64,000 nt of DNA, taken from IMG/VR virus record IMGVR_UViG_3300021592_000001, positions 32,001 through 96,000 of that record, one strand, 5' to 3'. This document shows, piece by piece, positions 27,557-37,237 of this stretch; the stretch's first letter is position 1; each line of letters opens with the position of its first letter. Under the pieces are notes generated by a model. The model was given only the letters and a program-made list of their open reading frames with translations. It was not told where the DNA came from and made no database searches. The position numbers and the translations under genes were made by a program. Source of the DNA: a virus (lineage: Duplodnaviria > Caudoviricetes).

Positions 27557-28955
27557 GTACTTTCTCCGCTATCCTTTTACATGCATAGACAGCTCCGTGT
27601 CCCTTATCCAGGAAGTATCTCACTACAGGCATAGGTTTTCCTTTATATGGAGTGCGGATTCTCGATACTTCCTGATAGTAATTCTCGCTATAAGCTATAG
27701 GACATACATTGTAATAAGCTGACCATAAAGGAACATCAATACCAAACTTCGTTATTTTTCTGGAAGCTACGGTTACTCGTAGTTTACCACTCCTAGCTTC
27801 CTCCAAAATTTCTTTTCTATTACTGTTACCGAGAAATGATCTTGTATATACTCCTCTCTCGTTGATCATTCGAGAGAGTTCTTTCGCATGAGCTACTCTG
27901 TCTGTAACTATCAGTATATAATGTCCGTCCTTAGCGTCCTTTACTGCCCAGTCAGCTATCAGCTTGTTTCTGCTCTTATTTTTGCAGAGTCTGTTGATGA
28001 ACGTTGTCCACCTGGAAAAAGCAGGAACACGATAATCAGTTCTTATAAAAGTCACTTTACATATCATAGAGTCTGCTTGACCTATAGACGTAACAGGACC
28101 GAGGATATCGTCAGCTAGAATATGTAGCTCGTCTTTCCGTCTTGGAGTAGCAGTCAGCCCCATTCGGTAGTAAGAATTGATGACATCAACTACATGTCTA
28201 TAATTATAGGCCGAAGACAGATGGCACTCATCTACTACCAGCAATCCAAAGCTGTTTCTATTTCTGTGCAATATCTTGCTTCCACGTTCTCGAATAAAAG
28301 CTTGGTAGGTGGACATCACTACATCATATTCGTTGAGACTGCTCCAGTTCGTTATTCTCCCTACTATATACTTTGTTCTATGCAACTTCCTTAGATGCTT
28401 CAAATTTGTGAACTTTTCAAAAGTTGATACAAACTGGTCAAGAAGATCTGCTTGATGTGAGAGGATAAGAGTCTTCATGCCAAGCTTGCATATAATATAG
28501 CAAGCCATCACAGTTTTACCGCTTCTTGCAGGTGCTTTGAGCTGTCCGTATTTGTATTCCATCCATTCATCTACTGCTTCACGTTGATTCCTCCAAAGTT
28601 CACCTGTGAATTCTAAACCGTAGGACATCTTAGGTTTAGCTCTCTTATCCTTAACTCTGTACATCAAGTCTGAAAAGACTTTATAGAGCTTGCCTAAATC
28701 GCCACGACAAAACGATACGTATTTATCATGGTTCTTATAAGTAACAATCTGCAGCGACAGTCCTTCTCTGGTCTTTATTTTATATGTAAAGCTTTTTTTA
28801 TGAAATGGTTCAACGAGTTTCTTGGGTACGTACAGACGTTCCTTTAGGATCAATCTCTTCTTCTGACTTTTCATCTTTCTTGCATTCTCCAACGGCATGA
28901 TAAGTGCCGCATTTCTTACAGAATTCGATAGGTTTTTCTTCTGTAGATACAGCAT
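27492..28955 (-). CDS. superfamily 2 DNA helicase (UvsW/DEAD-like)
   Basis: Q motif, APARSGKT, VVDECH, GLTATP.R.D, G.D.P and Q..SRI.T motifs. Confidence 0.9.
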   Translation of the reverse strand: MLYLQKKNLSNSVRNAALIMPLENARKMKSQKKRLILKERLYVPKKLVEPFHKKSFTYKIKTREGLSLQIVTYKNHDKYVSFCRGDLGKLYKVFSDLMYRVKDKRAKPKMSYGLEFTGELWRNQREAVDEWMEYKYGQLKAPARSGKTVMACYIICKLGMKTLILSHQADLLDQFVSTFEKFTNLKHLRKLHRTKYIVGRITNWSSLNEYDVVMSTYQAFIRERGSKILHRNRNSFGLLVVDECHLSSAYNYRHVVDVINSYYRMGLTATPRRKDELHILADDILGPVTSIGQADSMICKVTFIRTDYRVPAFSRWTTFINRLCKNKSRNKLIADWAVKDAKDGHYILIVTDRVAHAKELSRMINERGVYTRSFLGNSNRKEILEEARSGKLRVTVASRKITKFGIDVPLWSAYYNVCPIAYSENYYQEVSRIRTPYKGKPMPVVRYFLDKGHGAVYACKRIAEKVHEQEGFITEGEIEQNTQKLSW

Positions 28956-28987
28956 CTCCAGTTACTATTTCCATGTTTATACCCTCC

Positions 28988-29602
28988 TTATATATTATCC
29001 CATTCCTCTAAATCACTATAGAAGTCTTCATTTATACTTTTGGCGCTTCTAGACAATTTGCTTCTCTTCCTCTCCGTTTTAGCTATCAGTTCAGCCCCAA
29101 AAGACTCTATAGCTGCCTTGACTTTGCTATTGCGCATGGATAATACCTTCAAAAGTTCTACACTGCTAAGGTCGATAACAGATAACACACCAGTCGGTCT
29201 TAATACTCTTCTTCTTAGTTCCTTCAATATAAGGGTTCTATAAGTAACATCGACTACCATGCCGAACAACTTTCTATGTAGCTTATCGTCGTAATGAACT
29301 GTGATTTCTTTTCCGATAAGGTCTTCAAATGACTTCACTGTATCGCTCTTGTTGCGCAAGGTCATCTTCACTACATTTCTGAGGTCTATACTTTCTACAT
29401 CTACCTTACCACCATACAAAGGTCGACTTATAAAGATAACACCATCGTCTATACCTACACATTTAGCTCTAGACCTTCTAGTTCTCCAGCGATGAGTATG
29501 TATTTCTACTATTTTTCCTTTCAAAGAAGATATACGCCAGCCTCCATGTTTTGCACTGGCATCTATTTCCAAATTTTTAGGTTTACTTCGATCTTTTGCC
29601 AT
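28988..29602 (-). CDS. hypothetical protein with two Sm/SH3-like beta-barrel repeats
   Basis: Two L.GK...(V/I)H...G/K.V.(I/V)...I.L..V repeats. Confidence 0.55.
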   Translation of the reverse strand: MAKDRSKPKNLEIDASAKHGGWRISSLKGKIVEIHTHRWRTRRSRAKCVGIDDGVIFISRPLYGGKVDVESIDLRNVVKMTLRNKSDTVKSFEDLIGKEITVHYDDKLHRKLFGMVVDVTYRTLILKELRRRVLRPTGVLSVIDLSSVELLKVLSMRNSKVKAAIESFGAELIAKTERKRSKLSRSAKSINEDFYSDLEEWDNI

Positions 29603-30443
29603 TTCCCTTTATTCCTCTCTTTTTAGATTTCTTTAAAGGGAAATCGTCCGCAGAAGCGTATGCGGAGACGATATCCAAATCCTTACGGGACACTCTAGCA
29701 TATTGACTTACAACGTCTTTCTCGGCAGAGAAAATTCTGAGATCCAAGTACGCTTGTGATAATCTCCCACAGTATTCGCTATTAAGAAATCTATCGAGAG
29801 CATCTCCTTTTATATTATATTTTGCTTTAGTGATAGGGAGTTTCTTGATCTTTCTCATTCCTAGTACGTACTCCACTATTCTTTTAGTTATAGCATTCTT
29901 CTTTTTGTCTGATAGGCTAGCAGTTATCTTCTCGAGAATATCCGAAAGGGTTGCACTGTTACTGTTGCTATTTATAGTCTCCATAATCGTATTACGGTCT
30001 GCATCCTTTACAACAGTCATTCCGTCTCTGTTTTCTATCATCAGGCCATCTTCGTTATCTGTATCGCCATCTAGGGATGGTACTCCAGGTGAACAATCTT
30101 CCAAAGCTGTATTAAATATATCTGGAGTCATTGAAAAATATTCGCAACTGCCGTCTGACTTAATAGCAGTGTCTACTAGTTCGAGAAATAGACCCCTTAG
30201 ATTAAAGAGACTATCAAATACTACCACTTTTACGTTTGAAAGGTCGTATTTTGAGGCATACTTTTTGAGCAGCCTCAAAGTATCTACTAGTAATACCTTC
30301 GTCCTGTCACTATCCTTTCTCAACCATTCTGACAGCTTTTCTTCTTCGGTAGAAGATCCTTCTCCTGCTACGAATGGGTAGAATTTCTCTCTATTTATTA
30401 TCAGATTTAATACCGCTGGATTATACTGTGTGAATCCTATCAT
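29583..30443 (-). CDS. hypothetical protein
   Basis: 286-aa ORF with GGAGG RBS. Confidence 0.65.
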   Translation of the reverse strand: MIGFTQYNPAVLNLIINREKFYPFVAGEGSSTEEEKLSEWLRKDSDRTKVLLVDTLRLLKKYASKYDLSNVKVVVFDSLFNLRGLFLELVDTAIKSDGSCEYFSMTPDIFNTALEDCSPGVPSLDGDTDNEDGLMIENRDGMTVVKDADRNTIMETINSNSNSATLSDILEKITASLSDKKKNAITKRIVEYVLGMRKIKKLPITKAKYNIKGDALDRFLNSEYCGRLSQAYLDLRIFSAEKDVVSQYARVSRKDLDIVSAYASADDFPLKKSKKRGIKGNGKRSK

Positions 30444-30475
30444 GATAACAGCCCTCCATTTATTTGATTATTTAT

Positions 30476-32785
30476 TTACGATTTCAAGATTTCTATTTTG
30501 CCGAAATTTGTGTACATTACTTTGTTAAACTCCTCAAGCGGTATTCTGGTCTTTAAATCATTACCTTCCTTAATAGCAGGACCTAGCATGAATATGCTGT
30601 TGTATTTCTTCTTGAGAAAGGGTATCAATGTTTCTCCAATTAGAGAAGTTCCTATGTCGTCTACATTAGCATCCACCTCGTCAAGTATTATTAGATTACT
30701 CTGTTTTGAGGAGGGAACAAGGCTTGAGATTACAGGTATCAAAAGCAGCATCAGTCTTTTCTTCATTCCTCCGCTCAAAAAACGAACACTCCGTTCCTGT
30801 CCCTTTTCTCTAAGTTTTCTAAAATAGATAGCTGAACTGTCTGACTTTTTGACAGAAGAGAAGACTATTGGAGACTCGAATATCATCGGTGCAAGCATAT
30901 TTAAGTATGAAACTACCGTACTATTAATATCGTGAATACGATCCAACTTCAATTTGTCTGGAGCATACGCTTTATACAAAGCGTTGAGCAACTTCATCTT
31001 TCTCTCACGTTTTTCAATCCTCTTAATGTCTGGCGTTAGGGTTTTAAGCTCTTTTTCTATTCTTTTAATCTCTTCCAATTCCCTTTGTAGCTTTCCGACC
31101 GACATACTCAACTTTGATACTGAGCGGTCGATGTCTTTCTTTCGCTTTTCAGCCCTTTTGAGTTTCTTTTTCAATCCATAAGTCTCAAGATGCTTATCTC
31201 CTAGCTTCTTGTTGATAGAAGAGAGCTCTTTCATAAGAGGGTAAGCTTTCAACGTGTTTGCTTCTTCCCGCTTTAACGCCTCCATCATTTTCTTAATTTT
31301 AGGGAGCTTCTCTTTAGCTTCTTTGTATTCATCCACAGATATATCTCTATATTCTGAGAGCTTTTCTCTAAGAGAGAGAACGTGTTCAAGCGTCTGTATT
31401 TCATCAGAAATGTCTACTAATGAGGATAGGTCTCCACTAGGCAGCTCGTCGACCCGTGCTTTTATTGCTTCTATCTTACGCAAAGCTTTAACCTGCTTTT
31501 CGAGCTGCTCTATAGTCTTGTCTATTGCGCTAAGTTCTTGTTCATATTTCTGTCTTGCTTCCTTTCTATTCTTAATCTGCTGCACTACGAACTTTGGATC
31601 GTCTATAGGTCTGAAGCACTTATCACATACGGCTTTATCTTTCAACGACGAAAGTTTTTTAAGTTCCTTGTTTATAGTAGATATTGCCTCTTCTGTATGT
31701 GCTCTTTTCCTTTCTGCTTCTTTTAATTTCTCTTCACAGTTCTCTTCAACTATTCTTTTCTGATACATTCTGATGGTGTTCTCATATTTCGCACGTTTCC
31801 GAATCAGAGAACGTTCTTTAAGTAATCTTCTTAGTTCCTCCAGTCTTTTTCTCAGACTATCTATACTATAATGGGAATATTTCTCGCCATTTGACTCCTT
31901 TAGTTCTTTTATAAGTTGTGCTTTCCTATCTCCTCGAAATACAATCTGTTCCAAGGTCTTTACCCTGTCTTCGAGATAGTCTTTTTCTTTTGCAATAGTT
32001 TCTGGAGGTATCACATTCCCAAATTTCTTGAGCTTCTTTTTGAGGTAAGAAAGCCTTTCCTTCAAACGTATTTGTTCCTTTATCTCAGATATCTTGCCGT
32101 CGAGCTCCTCCTTCTTCTTTTCGTAAGTCTTCAGTTTGAGAAGAACTTCTTCGTATTTCTCCTTCAAGATCGACTTATCTGGCATTGTACCGAGACTTTC
32201 TTTTAGCACATTGACTTTGACCATAACATTTCTACTTTCCGAAAGCTTGTCGTTTATGTCTCTAATAAGTTCCTTTATAGCTTCCCTTATACGATCATAA
32301 GCTTCTAGCCCGAATGCAGCACTATAGAACGACGAACAATCTGACGGTTTCCCGTAAACTAGTGCATGGAAATTATCCTGGGTAAGGAAGTGAAAATTGT
32401 AGTATTCATCACTCGTTATTGGCAGTAGTTCTTTGATGAACGCTTCACACTTGGGTATGCCTCCAGCTATCTTCAAATCCTTTCCATTCTTATATATCCT
32501 GTATCCATTGCCGTACTTTTTGTGATTGAAAAATTGTTCTATTCTATAAGAATTATCGTCAATTTCAAAGTCTAACGCTCCAAAATAGTTTTTTCCTGCT
32601 ATCTGCTTTCTTGGACCTCCTAGTGGAGAAGACCTGAACAAAATATTACACAATACTGAAAATATTAAGCTCTTTCCACTGCTATTCTTTCCGCCTATAA
32701 ACACAACTCCTTGATTTTCAAGCGGCAAATCGACTTCCTTATAGAAGAGGACATTCTCGAAGTGGAGATGCTTAAATACTATCAT
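30476..32785 (-). CDS. sbcC: SbcC/Rad50 (gp46-like) recombination ATPase
   Basis: GKNSSGKS, central coiled coil with a CDKC Zn hook, LSGG signature and ILDEVD. Confidence 0.9.
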   Translation of the reverse strand: MIVFKHLHFENVLFYKEVDLPLENQGVVFIGGKNSSGKSLIFSVLCNILFRSSPLGGPRKQIAGKNYFGALDFEIDDNSYRIEQFFNHKKYGNGYRIYKNGKDLKIAGGIPKCEAFIKELLPITSDEYYNFHFLTQDNFHALVYGKPSDCSSFYSAAFGLEAYDRIREAIKELIRDINDKLSESRNVMVKVNVLKESLGTMPDKSILKEKYEEVLLKLKTYEKKKEELDGKISEIKEQIRLKERLSYLKKKLKKFGNVIPPETIAKEKDYLEDRVKTLEQIVFRGDRKAQLIKELKESNGEKYSHYSIDSLRKRLEELRRLLKERSLIRKRAKYENTIRMYQKRIVEENCEEKLKEAERKRAHTEEAISTINKELKKLSSLKDKAVCDKCFRPIDDPKFVVQQIKNRKEARQKYEQELSAIDKTIEQLEKQVKALRKIEAIKARVDELPSGDLSSLVDISDEIQTLEHVLSLREKLSEYRDISVDEYKEAKEKLPKIKKMMEALKREEANTLKAYPLMKELSSINKKLGDKHLETYGLKKKLKRAEKRKKDIDRSVSKLSMSVGKLQRELEEIKRIEKELKTLTPDIKRIEKRERKMKLLNALYKAYAPDKLKLDRIHDINSTVVSYLNMLAPMIFESPIVFSSVKKSDSSAIYFRKLREKGQERSVRFLSGGMKKRLMLLLIPVISSLVPSSKQSNLIILDEVDANVDDIGTSLIGETLIPFLKKKYNSIFMLGPAIKEGNDLKTRIPLEEFNKVMYTNFGKIEILKS

Positions 32786-33045
32786 CTTAACTCCTCTTCA
32801 AGTCTTTTTCTTATCATTTCTTTTATAATGGATACGATCATAGTATTAACTTCATACTCCCCTAGCATCTTTTTAAACTTAAGAGAAAGTCTTTTTAATA
32901 TTTCATATTCGCATGATGTACAAAGATCGAATGTTTCTGATACTGTATCCATACTTCCTGCTGCATCCATCTTTCTATCTACTGAATAGCTCTTCCTGTT
33001 TACTTTGTCGATGCTTTTGCAGATATCACAAGCTATGATTTCCAT
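32782..33045 (-). CDS. small Zn-binding protein
   Basis: CDIC...DLCTSC. Confidence 0.6.
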   Translation of the reverse strand: MEIIACDICKSIDKVNRKSYSVDRKMDAAGSMDTVSETFDLCTSCEYEILKRLSLKFKKMLGEYEVNTMIVSIIKEMIRKRLEEELR

Positions 33046-33058
33046 CGTTCTTAACTCC

Positions 33059-33832
33059 TTAATTAAATATCTGTGGTATTTTAATCCTTCTTATTTCCTC
33101 TTTAATTCTTTTCTTCGCTATCTTGCAATATTTTGGATTTTTCTCCACCCCAATCCATCTTCTTCCTAATTTCTCACAGGTTACACATGTCGTTCCTGAT
33201 CCTACAAAACAGTCCAAAATCACGTTACCGTCCTTGCTCGAAACCAAAATGAGGTGTTCTATTAATTTCAGAGGTTTTTGATGTACGTGAAACCGTTTGT
33301 CTTTTTTAAAATTGGACTGAGGTTGGGTATATTTTAAAACATCGAAATTGTTGAATTGTTCCGATTTCTTTATTTTTGCTGGCTTACCTTTGTGAAAATT
33401 TAAAATCTGTTCATATACAGAAGTAAAATCGTAAACTTTCTTTTTAGTCCCCCTAGTAAGATTAGGCTTAAACCAAACTAACGTTTGGTGCAGTTTGAAT
33501 CCATTATCCTCGAAGTTCTTGCTAACTTCTATAGAAGTTTTTTGAGCTGTAAAAACAAACGCTCTTGAATTATTTTTTAGGACTCTGCATAGTTCGCTGG
33601 AAACCAAGCCTACGTCATAAAACTCGTCCTTATATTCTATACCACTAAGCTCGTCGGAGCCTACACCATAAGGAGGGTCTGTCAGGATCAAGTCTATACT
33701 TTCATTGGGAAGCAACTTCATTACTTCTAAACAATCTCCGCAAAGCAACACTCCCCTCTTCGTATAAAAATAGCAGTATTTCGAATGGATTAACTTTTTC
33801 TTCAAATCACACCATTCCATTTCAGTTTCCAT
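33059..33832 (-). CDS. DNA N4/N6 methyltransferase (beta class)
   Basis: DLILTDPPY, H..QKP..LI and ILDCFVGSGTT motifs. Confidence 0.9.
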   Translation of the reverse strand: METEMEWCDLKKKLIHSKYCYFYTKRGVLLCGDCLEVMKLLPNESIDLILTDPPYGVGSDELSGIEYKDEFYDVGLVSSELCRVLKNNSRAFVFTAQKTSIEVSKNFEDNGFKLHQTLVWFKPNLTRGTKKKVYDFTSVYEQILNFHKGKPAKIKKSEQFNNFDVLKYTQPQSNFKKDKRFHVHQKPLKLIEHLILVSSKDGNVILDCFVGSGTTCVTCEKLGRRWIGVEKNPKYCKIAKKRIKEEIRRIKIPQIFN

Positions 33833-35177
33833 TTTCGTTGAACAGTTCCTTATATTTCGGCTTTTGCTTGTTCATTTCTATTACTTCTGAAACACGCTTA
33901 ACTGCCATTCTACAATATTTAGGATTCATATCAATTCCAATCCACTTCCTATTTAATTCTTCTGCAACTTTAAGTGTAGTTCCGCTACCCATAAATGGGT
34001 CGAGCACTACACCTGCTTCCCAGCCAGCGTTACAACCGCAGTCTGTCCAGCCGACGGTGTGAGTTGATAATCTTTTTTCTGGCCGTGGAAAAGGAAGTTC
34101 TCTATTAAATTTATTTCCTTGTCCTTTTTGTAAGTTTCCACTTGCCCATTTACCCTTTTTTTGCTCAAGCCACCATTTGTAAAATGTTTCATAGTCATAA
34201 CAATTACTTTCTATCATCCATTTCTTCATTATTTCAAATGCTCGCTTGTAGAATCTGTTTGAATGACTCGTTCTATGTAAAAAATCCCACCAATATTTAT
34301 CATCCCATTTATCTATTTCCTGTTCAGTTTTTGTTATTCTTACTCTCGCCTTCCCACACTTCTTGCAAATCCACTGAGGACAGCCGCACAAAATACATCT
34401 CCTAACCAGCTCCTCAGGGAAAGTTGCATAATGGTCAATGCTTTTAAAACCAAGTTTCCTTGCTGAGAAGGGTTGAGTTGGTATTGCCCACACGTCTCCA
34501 GGATTCCTTCCAGACCGAAAAATAGGTATATTCAGCTTTTGAACTTCATAAATCTTGTCATCGAAAGTATCATCGAATCTTAATATTTCTTTTAATTTGA
34601 ACCAGTCTTCTACGCAAGGGAGAGCAGCTCCTGAAAGGTCGGTTCTTATCCAATGTCTCCACTTATGTTTGCCAAAAGTCTTATCCAATATGGGCTTGTG
34701 TGAAGACTTGATGTGTTTCTTTAGAAATTTTGCAATCGGCTCTTGATAGTCTTTGTAAGCCTTGATTGTGACTGTATTGAGGGGTCTGTCAAGACCTTGT
34801 CGATTGCTATGTCCTTTCCCTCTTCTATACTTGGGAGTCATCCATTTCCATTTCTCCACGTCTTCGTTCTGGAAAATAGTTTCATATTTAGGGGACAGGC
34901 CGTCTCCTTCGGGAACATCGTTTTTCTGAAGTGATTTCTCACTCAGTTCCCTGACTTCTTCCAGGTCAAACCAGTATCGAATTTTTTTCACTAACATAAA
35001 TACAGGTTCGTAAGCTCCTGCGAATCTATCTTTTGCGCTAGAAGGGATGTGATTCGGTTTGTACCAAATTATTTGATTACGAAGCCTAAACTGTCCGCTA
35101 TTAGGGTAGGGATCAACAGGCTTAAAATACTTCAGCAGATGCTTTGGTATTTCTTTCTTATAAAGCCTAATTTTCAT
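33822..35177 (-). CDS. DNA methyltransferase, C-terminal half (SAM-binding) of a split gene
   Basis: LRNQIIWYKPN..P.S.KDR, GRNPGDVW.I, H.ATFPEELV and VLDPFMGSGTT; no DPPY/SPPY; own GAGGAG RBS. Confidence 0.85.
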   Translation of the reverse strand: MKIRLYKKEIPKHLLKYFKPVDPYPNSGQFRLRNQIIWYKPNHIPSSAKDRFAGAYEPVFMLVKKIRYWFDLEEVRELSEKSLQKNDVPEGDGLSPKYETIFQNEDVEKWKWMTPKYRRGKGHSNRQGLDRPLNTVTIKAYKDYQEPIAKFLKKHIKSSHKPILDKTFGKHKWRHWIRTDLSGAALPCVEDWFKLKEILRFDDTFDDKIYEVQKLNIPIFRSGRNPGDVWAIPTQPFSARKLGFKSIDHYATFPEELVRRCILCGCPQWICKKCGKARVRITKTEQEIDKWDDKYWWDFLHRTSHSNRFYKRAFEIMKKWMIESNCYDYETFYKWWLEQKKGKWASGNLQKGQGNKFNRELPFPRPEKRLSTHTVGWTDCGCNAGWEAGVVLDPFMGSGTTLKVAEELNRKWIGIDMNPKYCRMAVKRVSEVIEMNKQKPKYKELFNENGN

Positions 35178-35191
35178 GAATCATCTCCTCG

Positions 35192-37015
35192 TTATTCCAG
35201 TACCCCAGCTTTGATCAGTTCCTTGATAACATATTCCTTTTCCTTCTGCGTTAAATCGTCTCTCAGTTCCCATTTTCTCAAGTCTTCCAACATACGAAGG
35301 ATTAGACGGTAGTTTTGCATTACCATACATTTTACGGGGATATCATCTCTTTTATCGACGCACTCACGAGGCGTCCCAAACCCTGCTCTACCACCGAAAC
35401 TTGCACGACTGCTTTTTCCACCATAACAATCTCCATGATTCCAGAACATAATTCCACTAGGTTTTAAAACTCTTTTGAGTTCGGCGATTATCTGAAGAAG
35501 ATGGTCTAAATACATTTCCAAACTAGGTTCGAGACCGAGCTGTCCGAGCCACGCTCCGCACTTTCTGCAAAAACCTGATCTTATCTTTTTGACTTGTTCT
35601 ACATACTTTTCAGTTTTCTTTCTCGGCCTTCCATGTCTTAAAGTAGATTTGTTGCTTGACCCAGTTCTTACTACTGTCTCTAACTCTTCCCATTCGTGCT
35701 CGCAATTTTTATCACCTCCCCAAACTGTATCCGTTTTTCTTCCGTAGTCTCTTAGAGAATTGCCAGAAAATACTACTTTATTATTCCTTCTAATACATAA
35801 TGTATGATTCTTCTCTACTTCTATACCATAGATAAAACCTTTATAATCTTGAAGGGTCATAGTTTTCTTCAATTTAATCGTCTTCCTTTTCAGGAAGGTG
35901 AGAATGTTTTCTCCTCGGACGGAGACATTGCTTCCGATTTTGAGCGCTACTTCCGTCAAGTCATCTTTTAATCTGGAGGATGCTGTATAACACGAAACAT
36001 ATCCCTTGTTCACATTCAGAAACCCTGTATTCCTCTCACGAGCTGTCCTTCTCCTATTCTTTACACACCCGTCTCCGAACAAATACCACTTTATGAACGT
36101 CCGCAGAAGACTGGAAGAAAGTTCTTTTATTTCCTTTGGAATATATTTTGTGTACGAATTACCTAACTGCTTTAGATAATTCCAAAGCTGTCTATCTGGC
36201 AGATAGAAACATACAATTCCATTACGGCTCTTGGTCTCTCTAAATTCGAAAGGGAGTCTCTTTAGCAGCCTCCTTACTTTCTTGTCTTCAGGAGGCTTTT
36301 GTTTAAGAGATACTGTATAAGTTTTCTTTTTACCTCCCTTGCTCCCTCTGACAGACCCCTCTGCAATCCACAAACCTAAAAAGGCTACCCAATCCTTCAT
36401 TTTTATCTTTTTTGCAGGAAAAAGTCTACTCTGCTTATTATAGAGAACCTTTAACTTCGGGAGCACGAAGTACTTCACATTGTTCCCTCTCCAAGAGAAA
36501 CCAGTCTTCGGGGTGACATGACCTAACTTGATCTCTTTAGCTTTTACAAAGAACCCTTTATTGAGGCTTTTCGTATATCTACCTCTGCAGTCCCTATTCT
36601 TCTCCTTAATAGGGTCTCCTACATTGCGGTAATAGACCAGCATATTATGATCTGGAGTAACTTGCAGATCAATATGGGTATTTTTGAACTGAACTACTTT
36701 TCCTCGATATTTCCACCTTCCAGTCCTGACTACTTTTACCCACTCCAGTTCCCTACTTCCAGGATTGACAGATAGGACAAGATCGCCTTTCTTCACCTCT
36801 TTAATGTCCTTCCATCCATCCCAGGTCAGAACTTCATGTTTCTTCGTATAGCACCAGTAAGGGGGAGACGTTACAATCGTATCTACAAAGTTGTCTGGGA
36901 AAGCCTTCAGAACGTCTAAAACATTGCCTGCAATAACTTTGTTTATAGGACTAATGCCTCGTTCCAGGTCACGAAGATTTATGATCAAACTATCTTTCTT
37001 CTTTTTCACTTTCAT
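35192..37015 (-). CDS. DNA methyltransferase, N-terminal half (catalytic SPPY) containing an intein
   Basis: VTSPPYW-[intein]-SLRDYG, GQLGLEP and RVLKPSG..FWN.GD.Y; no motif I. Confidence 0.85.
   Translation of the reverse strand: MKVKKKKDSLIINLRDLERGISPINKVIAGNVLDVLKAFPDNFVDTIVTSPPYWCYTKKHEVLTWDGWKDIKEVKKGDLVLSVNPGSRELEWVKVVRTGRWKYRGKVVQFKNTHIDLQVTPDHNMLVYYRNVGDPIKEKNRDCRGRYTKSLNKGFFVKAKEIKLGHVTPKTGFSWRGNNVKYFVLPKLKVLYNKQSRLFPAKKIKMKDWVAFLGLWIAEGSVRGSKGGKKKTYTVSLKQKPPEDKKVRRLLKRLPFEFRETKSRNGIVCFYLPDRQLWNYLKQLGNSYTKYIPKEIKELSSSLLRTFIKWYLFGDGCVKNRRRTARERNTGFLNVNKGYVSCYTASSRLKDDLTEVALKIGSNVSVRGENILTFLKRKTIKLKKTMTLQDYKGFIYGIEVEKNHTLCIRRNNKVVFSGNSLRDYGRKTDTVWGGDKNCEHEWEELETVVRTGSSNKSTLRHGRPRKKTEKYVEQVKKIRSGFCRKCGAWLGQLGLEPSLEMYLDHLLQIIAELKRVLKPSGIMFWNHGDCYGGKSSRASFGGRAGFGTPRECVDKRDDIPVKCMVMQNYRLILRMLEDLRKWELRDDLTQKEKEYVIKELIKAGVLE
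35759..36853 (-). mobile_element. intein (365 aa) with LAGLIDADG homing endonuclease
   Basis: Starts CYTKKHEVLT.DGW; block B VTPDH; LAGLIDADG-like FLGLWIAEGS and WYLFGDGC; ends V..NHT.....FSGN with Ser as the +1 residue. Confidence 0.9.
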
Positions 37016-37027
37016 TAGGAGATCCTT

Positions 37028-37237
37028 TCACGAGGAAGTGATCTCATGACTTTCTGGATCCAACGAGAACCATCTCACTTGCCTTAAAGGTATGTGACGA
37101 TTGCTTCCTTCCAATAACTGAAGCCATAACAGATCACTACCAAACCTGACTTCTGTGCACTCAAAAACTTCAAGGTATCCATCATTCCACCTTACATTTA
37201 CCAGTATGTAATTATCTCTATCCTTTCTTCTTTTCAT
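37028..37237 (-). CDS. small beta-rich hypothetical protein
   Basis: 69 aa with GAGG RBS. Confidence 0.55.
   Translation of the reverse strand: MKRRKDRDNYILVNVRWNDGYLEVFECTEVRFGSDLLWLQLLEGSNRHIPLRQVRWFSLDPESHEITSS

Noticed and set aside
35100-35290. Intron, split intein or frameshift error at the MTase break
   Set aside because: The extra sequence is short with no visible group I/II features, lacks intein terminal residues, and contains a proper stop, RBS and ATG.
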